Shown here: positions 46,981 to 59,485 of the stretch, one piece after another | Layout of the letters: the number at the start of each line of letters is the position of its first letter | Numbering within the stretch: the first letter of the stretch is position 1 | NCBI RefSeq assembly: GCF_964204645.1 | Contig: NC_134031.1 | Coordinates: 7,812,001-7,876,000, forward strand | Direction of reading: 5' to 3' | Source: Tubulanus polymorphus | Taxonomy: Eukaryota; Animalia; Nemertea | DNA length: 64,000 nucleotides | Translations under genes and position numbers: made by a program | Notes under the pieces: generated by a model | What the model saw: only the letters and a program-made list of their open reading frames with translations | Told to the model about the DNA's origin: nothing | Databases searched by the model: none

Positions 46981-49900
46981 AATTCAATTCAAATACTTTA
47001 TTGACACTAATAAATTTTACAATAAAACATTTTAGTGATACGTCAACAAAGTTAAACAAGACAGAGAAATGGGTAAAATGATGACAATTTATAAAACATA
47101 TAAAACATGTGAAAATATATACAGGGTAAATATGAACAAGTCGACTGGATGTGTTCAAAGATGGCAGCACAGTAAATTAGAATGACCCAAGTAGACTGAT
47201 TTAAATACCTGACGTCCTGATATCAGCAATGGAATTAATAAAATTACTGACTAAAATAAAAATTTAATGGTCATCGTTGTAGCTCATTAAAAATATAAAA
47301 AATTCATCGTCTGACATTAGGTCAATATCCACGAATTCGCGAAGCTTTTCGAATAGGGTATTTCTTACATGAGTGTAAAGTGGACAGAACAACAAAAAGT
47401 GTTTTTCATCCTCGACCATATTCAAATTACAATATTTACAGTGCGTTGGTCTGCTGCGATGAAAGGCTTAGAATATCTGTCGCTTTCGATTTGAAGTTTA
47501 TGGGCACTGGAGCGTAGTCTAGAAAATGCTCTACGCTTCACAAAGGTTTTGATAAATGATAAATAGTTTTTTAAACAAAAGATATTCTTAAAGAGTTTAT
47601 AGGTCCTTAGCTTGGATTTTCCTTTGCCTATGTCGTTCGCAGAAACAAAAAGAGACCAATTAGATTTAAATACTGATTGAAGCTTCAATTTTAGAAAGTT
47701 GGTCGATTTTATGTTGCGCTTGTTCCCTTGGCTACACCAAATATCAGGAAAAGAGAAATTACACCAAAGAGTTTTTATGTTGGAGGACCAATTGCTGTTT
47801 TGGGTGCCGTAATATGAGGAGGAGAGACTTTCGATATATGCCTGTCTTACTAGGGAATTGACATCTCGTGAGCAAACACGAAACCAATATCTACTGCTCC
47901 GATGGAGGGCTGAAACGAGTATGGGATACTGACCAAGCTCCCCCATGATAGCAGCATTGGAGGCATTCTTATGCACACCTAAAAGATATTTACAAAAATG
48001 AATGTTTATTTTCTCCATCGGTAAATTATTGCATAAAAGCATAAAGTTACTGTTATCTGGCTTCAGTTTTTGAATATAAAATGGGGCCCAGACCTCACTA
48101 CAGTAAGTTAAGATGGGCAAGACTAAGGTGTTAAAAAGCGTGACGACATTGTCTCTCATGTCTAAGGTCTTTAGTTTAAAAAGTACTTTCCGAGCTTGGT
48201 CCGTGAGATGATCACAAGCTTTTTTAAAAGTTCCATTAGCACTAAGGACGATTCCGAGGTAGCAATATGTGTCAACTACTTCGACGTTGGAGCCATTATA
48301 TGTAAAGGTATAATTATTTAGTTTTCGGCCAGATGAATTGAAAATTATTATCTTAGTTTTGTTAAGATTAACTTTTAACTGCCACTGCTGGCAATAGCCT
48401 ACTCAGAGAGTTTATTTAATGCAGATTGGAGACCTTTTCTAGATTTGGAAATAATTAATAAATCATCTGCATATAAAAGACAGTTGATGGCTTTATCATG
48501 GAGTTTCACTGGATCAGAATTAGTTTTAAAGATGTCGGGTAGGTCCGAAATGTAAAGATTGAAAAGTAAAGGGCTAAGAACACAGCCTTGTTTTACACCG
48601 ACTTTGGATTGAAATTCAGGGGTTAAGCCATTTTGGAGTTTAACAGAATAATTTACATTTGAATACATACTCTCAATAGTTGCAAGAATATTGCCGTCAA
48701 TACCAAGTTTAAGTAACTTATAGATCAAGAACCTTCTGAGGACAGAGTCAAAAGCGGACTTAAAATCTACGAAACAACAATAAACTTTGCTTTTACAAAG
48801 CTTATTTATAAATTTATCAATGATTGCTTTTAGTGTTAAAATATGGTCTGCCGTTTGGGTACCTTTGCGGAAGCCTATTTGACAACTTGGTATAAGCTTT
48901 TCCTTTTCAGAGAAAAGAGATAGTCTGTTGTTTAAAACAATACAAAATAGTTTACAAAGATTGCTGCCAACTGCTATCCCTCTGTAGTTTCCAGGGTTAG
49001 CGGGGTCACCTTTCTTATGAAGAGGGGTAAGAGTATTACAACGCCAGGTATCAGGGAAACTACCGTTACATAGAATATCATTGAAAGCTCTTTAAGGAGT
49101 GGTAAAATAAAAGGTTTGCTGGCTTTGATCATCTCGTTTAATAAAAGGTCAGTACCACTGGCTTTATAGTTTTTTAGTAAAGTAATGCTTTTAGCAATTT
49201 CTAGTTCAGTGATTGAATAATTTAACTCGCAGAAAGATTTTCCTCTATTTTCAGTTATGAATTTTTCTGTTTCCTTGTCAACATCACTGACAGTATCCGA
49301 CAGTGAATAGTTGACTAAAGATGTAAAGTGATCTATCCACTGAGTAGCCGAGATTGTACTGGATGAATTATTAGAATTAAGGGCCTTTAGCTCATTAAAC
49401 AGTGTCCAATAGCGTCTAGGGCTATTATTGGAGAGACTTTCCATTTGATTTAGAATGTCAGCTTTAAAGGCGAGCCTTTTTTTAATCAATATTTTCTTAT
49501 ACCGTTTTTGTTTTCTCTTAAATTCACTGAGCAGGGCCAGATCAAATTTTTTGTGCAATTGGGAGCCTAGAGATTTCAAGTCTCTTAAGAGTGCGACATT
49601 CAGCATCAAACCATTTCAAGCTATTATTGATTTTATTAGTAGGTTTTTTTCCAGTCGATTTGGGTTGGGGGACTGACTTCTTAATATTTACTACATCAGC
49701 TGCAGTGTGCAGCATGTCTGTGATATCCTGGATAAGGTTAGAATTATCGCAAGGATAAGTAGATAGTTCTTGGATTTTAGAGGACAGGATAGGGTTTAGA
49801 AAAGCCTGACGAAACAATTCGTCATCACCCTCTTTCCAGATATATTTGGATTGGGGAATCAAAGGGATCTGGGGGGAGATTTCAGATCTTCTAAAGAGAC

Positions 49901-50531
49901 CAGTATTAATTATAGATGACAGCAAACAATGTATGGACAGCTCATTTGGACTATGAACAAAAAGCATATCGACCATATTGAGCATACGAGTTGGGCAGAG
50001 TGCATAATCGATGACACTTGGTGAACCTGTGTGACTGTAGCAGGTATGGTGTCCCGCATAGTCACCAAGGGTACGACCATTCAAGATACGAAGCCCAGTA
50101 GATTTACAGAGGGACAGCAGTTGATGACCCCTGTCGTCAACAGCACGACGATCACAATTTTGTCTAGGTAGGAATACATCAGATACATAATTAGGTAATA
50201 GTGAATTAACTGGTGAAGAATCGTCACAACAAGTCAGGTAGCATGCCAGTATGAGCATTAAAATCCCCATAAATCAAGCAGTCACCACATTTTGAAAATT
50301 TTGCAATATCACTTTCAAGTAAATCAAAAATATTCTCATTTTTCTTACCATATTCACTATTGCTTACATAAACAAAGGAGATATATATGTCACGATCAAG
50401 GTTAAAAAAGTTTTTTTGCAATTTGATTCAGAAAATTTCAGAGTTATCATTTTCAATAATTCTTACACCCTTGCGTATATTTTGTTTTATGCATACAGTG
50501 ATCCCACCATAAAAGCGTGTGGCTTTATCAG
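46981..50531 (-). mobile_element. Degenerate APE-RT LINE (RTEX-like), ORF2 frameshifted and 5'-interrupted
   Basis: EN motifs GDFNA and SVIDY; RT motifs GVKQGCVLSPLLF and LLYADD; C-terminal HKLQIE..RY and EDEKHFL..C knuckle; AATAAA plus (ATTGA)n tail at 46981-47002. The clade call is tentative. Confidence 0.85.
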
Positions 50532-50532
50532 T

Positions 50533-50954
50533 TTTTAGCCCACTTGGGACTTAAGTCCCAGCGGCTATTGCGTTCACTTTTCGTCGTCCGTCCGTCTGTC
50601 CGTAGACGGAATCCAGTTATTTTGGGAAGTTTTGAAGACACTTCAAGGTAACGTCTTGATATTTGGGTTACACGTGTATCTACCCTAGACACATCTTCAG
50701 CCCAAAAACTGGCCCTGTCAGAATCAAGATGGCTGACTGGCAGCCATTGTTGTTCGCCAAAATCAGCACTTTTTACACATTTTTGAACTTTTTGAGGGAA
50801 ATTTTGAAGACGCTTCGATCAATTACCTTGATCTTTCGGATATATATGAGTCCCCCCAGGGCCCATCAACGAAACAAAAATTGGGTCGGTCGGACTCAAG
50901 ATGGCCGTCCTATGACCTTTTTAGTGCCCAAAAATGTTAATTTTCGCCCGAATT
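50533..50954 (+). mobile_element. HINE-like copy (5' part) inserted at TT in the LINE
   Basis: Family 5' palindrome and (CGTC)n; truncated at the R2 3' junction. Confidence 0.8.
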
Positions 50955-51264
50955 ATACAGACTCATCATTTCTCCCCGAAAGGGGCCGAGGTCACCTCCC
51001 CACCCCCTCCGGGGAGTGAACAAGTTAGGCGACCAGCCCCTCCCAGGTCCGTCACATGCGAGGCGGAACTCATTTGTTAACAGTTAGAAAGCACGTATCA
51101 TTTAATAATGGGTGTCCAATATATTTTATTTGTATGGTTAGTACATTAGAAACTTGTAAGCTATAAAGCGGCGTCTTAGCCGAGTCATCGCGTGGTCTAG
51201 TCATGCGGTATGACCGCCCTAAGACATAGGGAACCGGTCCTAGATCCTGATGCTCGTAGAGAAC

Positions 51265-54200
51265 CTATCTGATCCTCGTATTTGGAGCGATGATCCGCCT
51301 ACTACGCTTATGAAGTCGCCAGATGACTGTCGATTCATAAAGGCTGATCATAGAAAGGGCCCTTAGAGAGTGGGCAATTCCCAGAGATGAGAATTCCCCG
51401 CGGATCCGCGGTTTCCCGCGGATTTCAGTATTGAAAAATATCAATTTTCCAAATAGTCCAAAAATGATGTAAAAGTATGGGGGGGGGGGTGATGATCTCA
51501 CTCAATTGGTCCGGCGCGATCGGTAATCAGGTGAACCGTAAAAGCGTTCAGTGCCTGTTTTACTTATCGTCACGTAAAATTATCGCATTTCAATGCATAT
51601 TCATTGCAACGCAGTGATTTTGTATGTACATTTGTACTACGATGAGTTTGTATGTATTTTATCGATCGGTTGCAGACACGCACGCACAGCAACAGTAGTA
51701 ACGTATATAGGTCTACTTACTGTTGCTGCGTGTGTGTGGCGAACGCTTTCGGATATTATACACTACTTGGTGATGATTTTTAGTGAGCATTCATCGGCGC
51801 ATTTTTACTGCAATAATTCAGGGCTCGACCCGTAATGCATGAGATGCTGAATGTCATCAAATGAGGATGTACCACATTGGAACTAGCCATTACCTTCCAA
51901 AATATAATAGTCGTTCATGGGTTCGAGATCGCTCTAAGTGCTCGGAAAACGTATTTAATTTCTAAAATTTTCTGGGGGGAGGGCCCCCAAACCCCCCCTA
52001 AATAGCTTCGCGCCTTCGGCGCTCGCTAGTGCTGACGGCTACGCCATCAGCTGGTTCGCGTATGTCACTCAAGAAAAATAACCCGCGGATTTTACAGGTC
52101 GGCGTTCTCATCCCTGATTCCTAAAGTTCGCATGCTTCTCAGTGTCATACTAGATGTCGTACCGGCGTCTCCGATAACCACCGCAACCACTTGCCTTGGA
52201 AGGTTAAGATAGTCAGCGGGGAGATCAACTTTGGCCGACAGTAGACAGTTATATTTCGCTTTCTTCTCAGTACGGGTCATAAAGATCATTGGATCTTTTT
52301 CGTACGGGACCGTGACATCTACGAAGTAAACACTTTTACCGTCGCTAAATGTAATGTCAGGCCTGTAATTAGTCGAGCCGACACTTTATGTGCGCTCTAA
52401 TTGTACGAACCCTGTCGGGTGCTTCGTCTTCAGCTCTTTACCGAGCTTCCGAACTACTAAGTCATGTCTTTTACTGATAGCGTCCTTATTGAATGGACAT
52501 TCGTTAAGTATATGTAAGTCTGTCTCTGCGGTCTGTTTGCATCGTCTACAACGGCGATCAGCATCTTGGCCTTTGCCCCTATTCAACGCTACGTTTGTTG
52601 GTAGTGTACCAGAAAGGATACGCTTGGAGGTAATGAACGCTGCCCCCGTGAACTTCCCTTCGTCGAGCCATTGCCGATTCGTCTGAGTAGACATCATCGT
52701 CTTGAGTGCCGTCCCATTGGTCATATTGCCGACCTCGTCAAATCGTCTTTTGTTTACTTCCTTTTTCAGATGTGCTGCTTCACTATCTGCTAGTTTAAGG
52801 AATGTCAACTCCTTGAGTCGTCTGTCTTCTAAATGTTTGCCTATTTCTCTCATCACAGGATCCTCTGATACCTGAAGCTTCTTCACAGCATTGCTGCGAA
52901 TGATAATGATGAGCGTCGCCAGCTCCGGAATGCCGCCACCTTGCTTACAGTGTAACCACGCTGTACTGGTGAACTCCGGTAGCCGAAGAACCTTCTTGCT
53001 CCACTTTCGAATCTTCCGATCAAGAAGCCGAAGGCGAGCAATACCCATCGAAGAAAGACGCAAGACATGCAATAACCGTGGGATTATTACAGACTTCAAG
53101 CCAAATAGCCTTTGATGTGGCTTAAGTGGTGCGGCTTTAAGCCTAGACAACCAAATGTCCAACTGAGAGACGTCGAACGCAATTCGCCCGTCTGGGTCAA
53201 TTGAAACACCTAGATACTTAACTAAGTCAGAGTAAGTGATACTCGGTATATCGCAGCCGTTCCAACGACAGTGCACCGCTGTCACTGTCCTCCTAAACAT
53301 ACGGTGTGGAACCGGTGTCGTTTTCAAACTACGACATCTGCCCGCGTTCACAGACATACGTTTCGTACTAAAGAATTCTTCCGATAAAGCGATTAATTGA
53401 TTCATCTCTTCCTCAGAGTGAGCCAAAAGCACAAGATCGTCAGCGAAAGCCATACATGCTACGCTGCGACCGTGGACGGTCATACCGCATGACGTCTCGT
53501 TAAGCCTTGTAATCAGTTCATCTAAAACCGTATTGAATAGAAATGGGGACAGGGGGCACCCCTGTTTCACCCCATTGCGTATATTGATTTCGCCCGTAGA
53601 CGATTTGCCATTTGAGACCGAAGTCTTTGCATCAGTGTAAAGATCTTGCACGATCCTGACTACGTTTTCAGGGACTCGTTTTCTCCGAAGAGCACGATAG
53701 ATAGCATCCTGCGGCATAGTATCGAAAGCCTTCGCTAAATCGATAAATACCATGTGTGTCTCACGCCGGGCTTGACTAATAGAGCTTTGCACCAGCTTGA
53801 TATTTTCAAAACAACCGTCCAGCGGCGTAAATGCCTTCTGCCTAATGTTAAACGGACAGTGAACCCTGAGCCGTTTATCCCACAGCTTAGCATAGAGCCG
53901 GTTAAAGAGAGAGCCTATAGTAATAGGGCGCCAATTGTCAACCTCGTTTCTCGACCCTTTCTTATACAAAAGAATGGTCCGGTTAACTTTGACTTCAGCA
54001 GGGATGTGCCCTTGGGCACGCCAAACGTTGAAGATCGCACTGATACGAGTGGCTCCGATCTTTTTCAAGTTGGCAAGAGACAAATACCTATCAGGGCCGG
54101 CGGCTGTGCTGAGTTTAAACTCCTTAAGCGCAGCTTTGACCGACTTTGGAAGAACACTTCCGTACAAAACCTCATCTTCGAAACGCTCTGTATCAGACCC

Positions 54201-56132
54201 GTCATCGGGCTCATGATACGTGGAAGGTTCCTCAAGCCTCCTCTTATAAACCTTTTCGATGTCACCGATTGATGGTACGGTGTCATCTACACAGGTGAGA
54301 TCATCTCCATCGATGATGGATTTAATTGTGCCAGAAGGGTTTTTAGTGAATTGTTTCTGTGTAACGGCGTACCGCTCGAGCCTCTTGGCGAAGCGCTTTT
54401 TGCGCATCTCAGTACGGTCCGTTGTTAGTAATGGTTGTCTGTTAACTCTCGCCGCCCTCTTTTTTGGACGGGAGTTGCATTGAGTTGTACGTTTACCATA
54501 TAGTGATTCAATCGCTTTAGCAACCGATGGCCAGTGACCATCTTCGTCCCCCACTAGTGTGCACGATATATAGTGCTTTATTGCTGCGTCTAGAACGCCT
54601 AACTCCGAATCCGGAGTGCCATCCATGAATCCTAAAGCAGCGTCAAAGGATTCTTGATGAGGTAAATGGATGGGTGTGTAATTGTCTGTATTGGTATCAT
54701 CTTCCCCGTAGGATTTGTCTATATTCTTGTGTGTATAATTGTCTCTATTCGTGATTGTTTCAGGGTCGGGATCAACTTCCCTTCCCAGTGACTCTGGCGT
54801 ATCGGCCAGTGTATTCATGTTCTGATTGATGGAGCCTTCTACTCCGTGAGCTGTAGTTTTTGCAGAGCCGTCCACCGGACGCCTGCCTAACGTGCGGCGC
54901 CTTTTACCAGGGGCCGCAATGCAGAAAGAAGCGGGATCTGAGATCGATCCAATGCACGGCATATCCACAGCGGCGACTGTCGCACGGGAACCTTCGTCAA
55001 AGGGAACGGTTACCGGCTGACTCGCCGGAACCACTGTAAGTACGTTGCCCAAGGTACTTGTGGTGTCCGGAGAGGCCCTGGCCTTTTTCCTACCCGGCGC
55101 CCCCTCCGGAGCACCTGCAGGTTTGCGCTTGCCTCTAATGATAGGCAAGTCCATGCATAATTCGCCCCTAGAGTCCGAAAGAGAATCCCCGGCAATCACT
55201 GCCGCTTCCGACAAAGCATTACCTGGAGAGACTACGGATGTGGGCAACTGCCCCCGCGGTCCCGACAGAACAGCGACTGTCTCATGAGGGCAGTTGACCG
55301 CATCAGTAGTCGATGCAGAGAAACATACACCTTCGAGCGGCCGAGCTGATTCCGACTCAGCGCCTTCGGCGCCGCTCCTACGACTACTGGATAGAGTAAA
55401 GGGATTAATTGTGATATTTATAGTGGCTTTTAGCCTTTCTACCTCTCGTTCAACTTTATGCTTATGATCTAGGCATCTTCGTGCCGTAGAAATTGATTGT
55501 ACCGATCTTAAGGGGAATCTCCCCTTTAATGCAGTATTGACGTTAAGTTTTGAAGTACTAAGGAGAAGCTTTGCCTCTTCCTTTGCTAGTTTAGTTAACT
55601 CAGCTATGGACCACGGTTTAATCGTTTTATCGCCCCTTCTTAATTTATTAAGGTGTGCAGCGTCCTTATCACGGATCTCTGCTTCAATAGTGAGATTATG
55701 CTCAAGCCTATGAGCTGATGCCTTATGGACACCTAGCCCGTTACTACTGTTAAATTTCCTACTACAGAAGGGACATTGGAAGTCTCCTTCATTGCTTTTA
55801 GGTTTGCCGTTGCAATAGCGACGGTGAGTGCCAACAGATCTGGCATTATTAGCTGTATAGCTATGACATTTTCCGCACTTATAACTAATTGAATCAAGCG
55901 GTATACTATGAGTATCGTTAAAATGGCGCCGGAACAAGCGGTCACCAGAAAATTCTAGTAAGCAAACTGGACACACTAAAGGTGAGTCAGACCCTCTATG
56001 CAAAACCTCGGGAGGGGCTCCCCTTGAACCCGTCAATCGAACCGGATCTCGGCATCCGTCAACCATCGGCGGACTCGATTTACTAGCATCGCTAGTGTTA
56101 GATTTAGTTAGACTTTTCGGAACCAGTAACAA
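51265..56132 (-). pseudogene. R2-like ORF (~1375 codons reconstructed); in-frame TAA at 52386-52388 and MITE insertion at 51382-52116
   Basis: The 1248-aa ORF (WRPITI, DLAKAFD, GVKQGCPLSP, FADD, YLG, CRRC..ETDLHILNEC, RHD) continues in frame as YRPDI...DVTVPYE...KKAKY and, after removing the MITE, RTLGI|AHSLRALSMISLYESTVIWR. Confidence 0.9.
51382..52116. mobile_element. 735-bp hAT-like MITE with 5-bp TSD inside the R2 endonuclease
   Basis: TIR cagagatgagaa / ttctcatccctg; TSD attcc at 51377-51381 and 52117-52121; excision restores the R2 frame. Confidence 0.9.
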
Positions 56133-56309
56133 TGCCCCTGCAGCTGGGTGGTTAGCCCGGCGCAGGTTAAGGCGGTTGGGGAGGGTATTACCGCCTCCCC
56201 GTTCGGTCCCGGTGGTGATTGGTCAGCACTACTCGTGTAGCCTGTTTCCGGCTGCAGCCTGGCCTGTAACTTAGGCTCGGTGGGCCCACCACGCGGACTT
56301 ACTTACTCC

Positions 56310-59300
56310 CCCCCCCAACGACCTTGTGAAGTTGAGTTAAGGGTTGGAGAGTTTCAGCTTTGCAACCAAATTTGAGAAAATTAAGCCGTTTCATGCATTC
56401 TGGGGGGCATCTGGAATAAGATGACACTGAACAATTCTGACCTATTTTGAAGCAAATTAAAAAGTAGTGGCTTACCATAAAAATTTCACAGTCCAATCTC
56501 CCTTCACCAAACATATTTATTCACATAACTTGTATAAAATAACCGATAAATCCGTGTCTGTCCTAGTCTCTCAGTCTCTATCCTACGGTTTATGTACTGT
56601 ACTCCAAGATATAATATTTAGTACTTGAATATTTACACTATAAACAATAATAATCCGAGCTAAGTACTGGTATCCAATTAAACGTTTCCAAAAATTGAGA
56701 GCCGATGCTCTGAGTGCTTTACAAAGTCTCTAATTGTTTCGTTGATGTTAATTTTGTCTGTCTATTCTTTGTGCACGTGCAGCAACAGGAGGTCATTCAG
56801 TTTTCTTTGCGTTAAGGTGGAACGTAAATATGTTTTCAGTCTTTTCAGTGCAGAGGATGACCTCTCAGAGGTGGCATTTGTAGCAGGTAGCACAAGTATC
56901 AGATTTAGAACAGTGCATATTTCTGATAAGTAGCAAGGGACAGCTGTCGGCATCGCTTTGAAGTGATCAATGATATCCTGCAGTGTTACTTCTGAGTCAC
57001 AGTCGCAAAACTTTACTTCCAAAGTTTTTAGTTGTGTTTGTAATAAATCACTCAAAATCGGATCCATAGAAACTAACAACAGCCGAAAATTGTTCTTCGT
57101 AATCCCGACCATTGCATGCATTGATAATAAGATCCTGTAGATGTTTATACTGATTAAATCCCTCCTGATCAAATCGACTTTCGATAGAAATTATAATTCT
57201 GTCCAAAACATCAAAGTACTGAGATCTGAAGTAGTCACGTGGAGTTCCAGGATACTCTGGAGCTGCATTCCCCATTTCAAATCTAGCTGGTGTATTTCCT
57301 CTCCGTGGAAGTTTAGGATCACTTATTTCCTGCTTTGGATATCCATCTTCATCAGTTTGTTGTGCCATTTTTAATACTGTATCATAAAACAAATCGAAGT
57401 CTCTATCAGTTCGTTTTGCCTGTAGAGTTGAGAGTGTATCCATAGCACATTTTTGACCAGCAGCTGCAGTTAGATTTGGATTCTGGAGTGTTTTACTGAG
57501 ATAATCCGCATGTCTCAGGACTAATCTGGCCAAGTTGACTCCCCAGGAAAAATCCCACTGTTTCATCTGTGATTGAACGCCAATAATCCTTGCTTTTGTT
57601 TCAGTGTCTTTGACATAATCTGTTTGCTCCCATAACTCTTGTAAAATCTGATAATTATCCAAGATACTACTGAGGAAAGCGGCTCGAACAGTCTATCTAG
57701 TAGGACACAGAACACGGAGACCAGGTGTATTAGGTTCCAGCTCTTCTTTAATCTTATGAAATATTCCATCTCTACGCGGAGAATATTTCACCAGTTTGCA
57801 TATTTCGTGGGAAATATCAAGAGCAGCCTTCGTAACTTTTACAGCTTTAATGGCATCATTTGCTGCGAGATTTAGTGAATGCCCGTAACAATGAATGAAT
57901 ACAGCTCGGGGTTCATGGGCTTGGACTTTTGCTGCGAGCCCACTTTTTTTCCAGTCATATTACTGGCGCCATCATAACATTGTCCTCTGCACTGAGAATA
58001 GCTCAATTTGAGACGAGTGAGCACATCGTGTACCACGGCCGCTAAAGTGTCCGCAGTTATATCTGACACATGGTACATACCAATGAACTGAAAGGTCACT
58101 AGCTACCCATCTCAAGACTATGACCATTTGTTCTTTATTCGAATTATCGGTTGCCTCATCCACCATAATACTAAAGAATTGCGATTCTTTAATTCTGGAT
58201 ACGATAGTACGCAGTACTTTCATGGCAAGGACGTTGATGAGTTCATTCTGGCTATCATGGCTAACATATTTATTACATTTTTTGTCCAGCCATCTTAACA
58301 TTGACGAATCATCAGAAGCACGTAACTTAAACAGCTGTATGAAATGGCCACTTTCAGTATCGTGCCCTCAGAATGGAAGTCCTTGCCGACCTAGGAATCT
58401 GACATTCTCAAAGAGTTTCTCAGCATACTCTTGTTGTGGATTTTTTCTTTAGCATGAATTTCACTAAGAGACTCTCCAACGTCTTTTGTACTATTCGGCA
58501 GTGTAATGACTCTCTCCATGGCCTCCTTGTGACACTTAGTTCCCTCGTGATCCTTGAATACTCCATTCGCCTCTTTCCAATTTGAAAATCCTCTCTCGAT
58601 GAAAGCTAAATCAGTTTTTGAATTTGCCAGTTTATTTTCATTTTTTGCTCTTGTGCAAACATAACATAGAACGATGTCGTTGTTCTCGCGGTATTCCAAC
58701 CAAGGATATTTGTCAAACCACTCCGGTTGGAATCTCCTTTTCAGTTTAGTTTTTTTGCCGAATTCTCTGTATGGAAATTCCAGATTTCTTGGCTGATTGG
58801 GTGCATTTAGTCCAGCAGAACGGAGGCTGGAATCTGGCTGCTGTTTATCGGTTGAAACATGACCAGTCGTCTGAGTTTCTAGCTGTGATTCTTGACTGAG
58901 AGAATCACAATCAGTAGTCGGGGTTTCTAGCTCAACAGAATTAGATTCTTGACTATCAATGGATCTCTTTTGTTTTTTGAAATAACTTAGTATTGAAGAC
59001 ATCTTAGCCCTGTTATGATAAGGTCTCTAATGAGGAAGCATGGTCTTAAAAATAAAGGTAGTCATGCTATGGTCTAGACATAATAAATCAGCAATTAGCG
59101 GATTTTGACAGCTTTTAAGAACTGTTTACATACTTTGGATCTTGCTGTGAATACTACTAGTACTGACATACTGTTGTTTATATGGTCCAGACTTCACACT
59201 CACACAGTCACATACACTCACACTTATAAACAGCTGTTGTCGGGAAGCTGGGAAATGCTTTGATGTTTGAAACTTAATTAGGAAAATGTCATGATCTGAA

Positions 59301-59353
59301 AAATGATTGCCCCGACCTTGGTCGGGGTGGTCGGGGCGGTTCCGGCGCCTCTG
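56310..59353 (-). mobile_element. hAT transposon with frameshifted ZMYM1-type transposase (about 56690-59002); one TIR retained
   Basis: TTF zinc finger (WFDKYPWLEY..C..C), DUF4371-like FSIMVDEATD, GQCYDGA, and hATC LVLPATNATSERS.S.LKRLKTYLRST; terminus cagaggcgccggaac at 59339-59353. Confidence 0.88.
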
Positions 59354-59485
59354 CAATCAAGATCGATACGGAAAATAATGAAAAACGAAGCAGATATACA
59401 TTAGCAGTAGTAGTGTTAAAGCACCGTAAGTATTTGAGGCAATTTTTGAAAAGTAGTACAGATCATTCAAATTTATATACAGATT

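Larger units (their letters stand above)
50955..56300 (-). mobile_element. R2-clade (R2-A-like) restriction-like-endonuclease non-LTR retrotransposon, near full length, not flanked by rDNA
   Basis: Single ORF with CCHH-CCHC-CCHH zinc fingers, Myb, RT, CCHC knuckle and PD-D/ExK RLE; structured GC-rich UTRs. Boundaries are approximate. Confidence 0.88.

Noticed and set aside
53754-55287. Plus-strand ORFs antisense to the R2 ORF (and similar ones antisense to the DIRS ORFs)
   Set aside because: Shadow ORFs of GC-richer coding sequence with no recognisable motifs.
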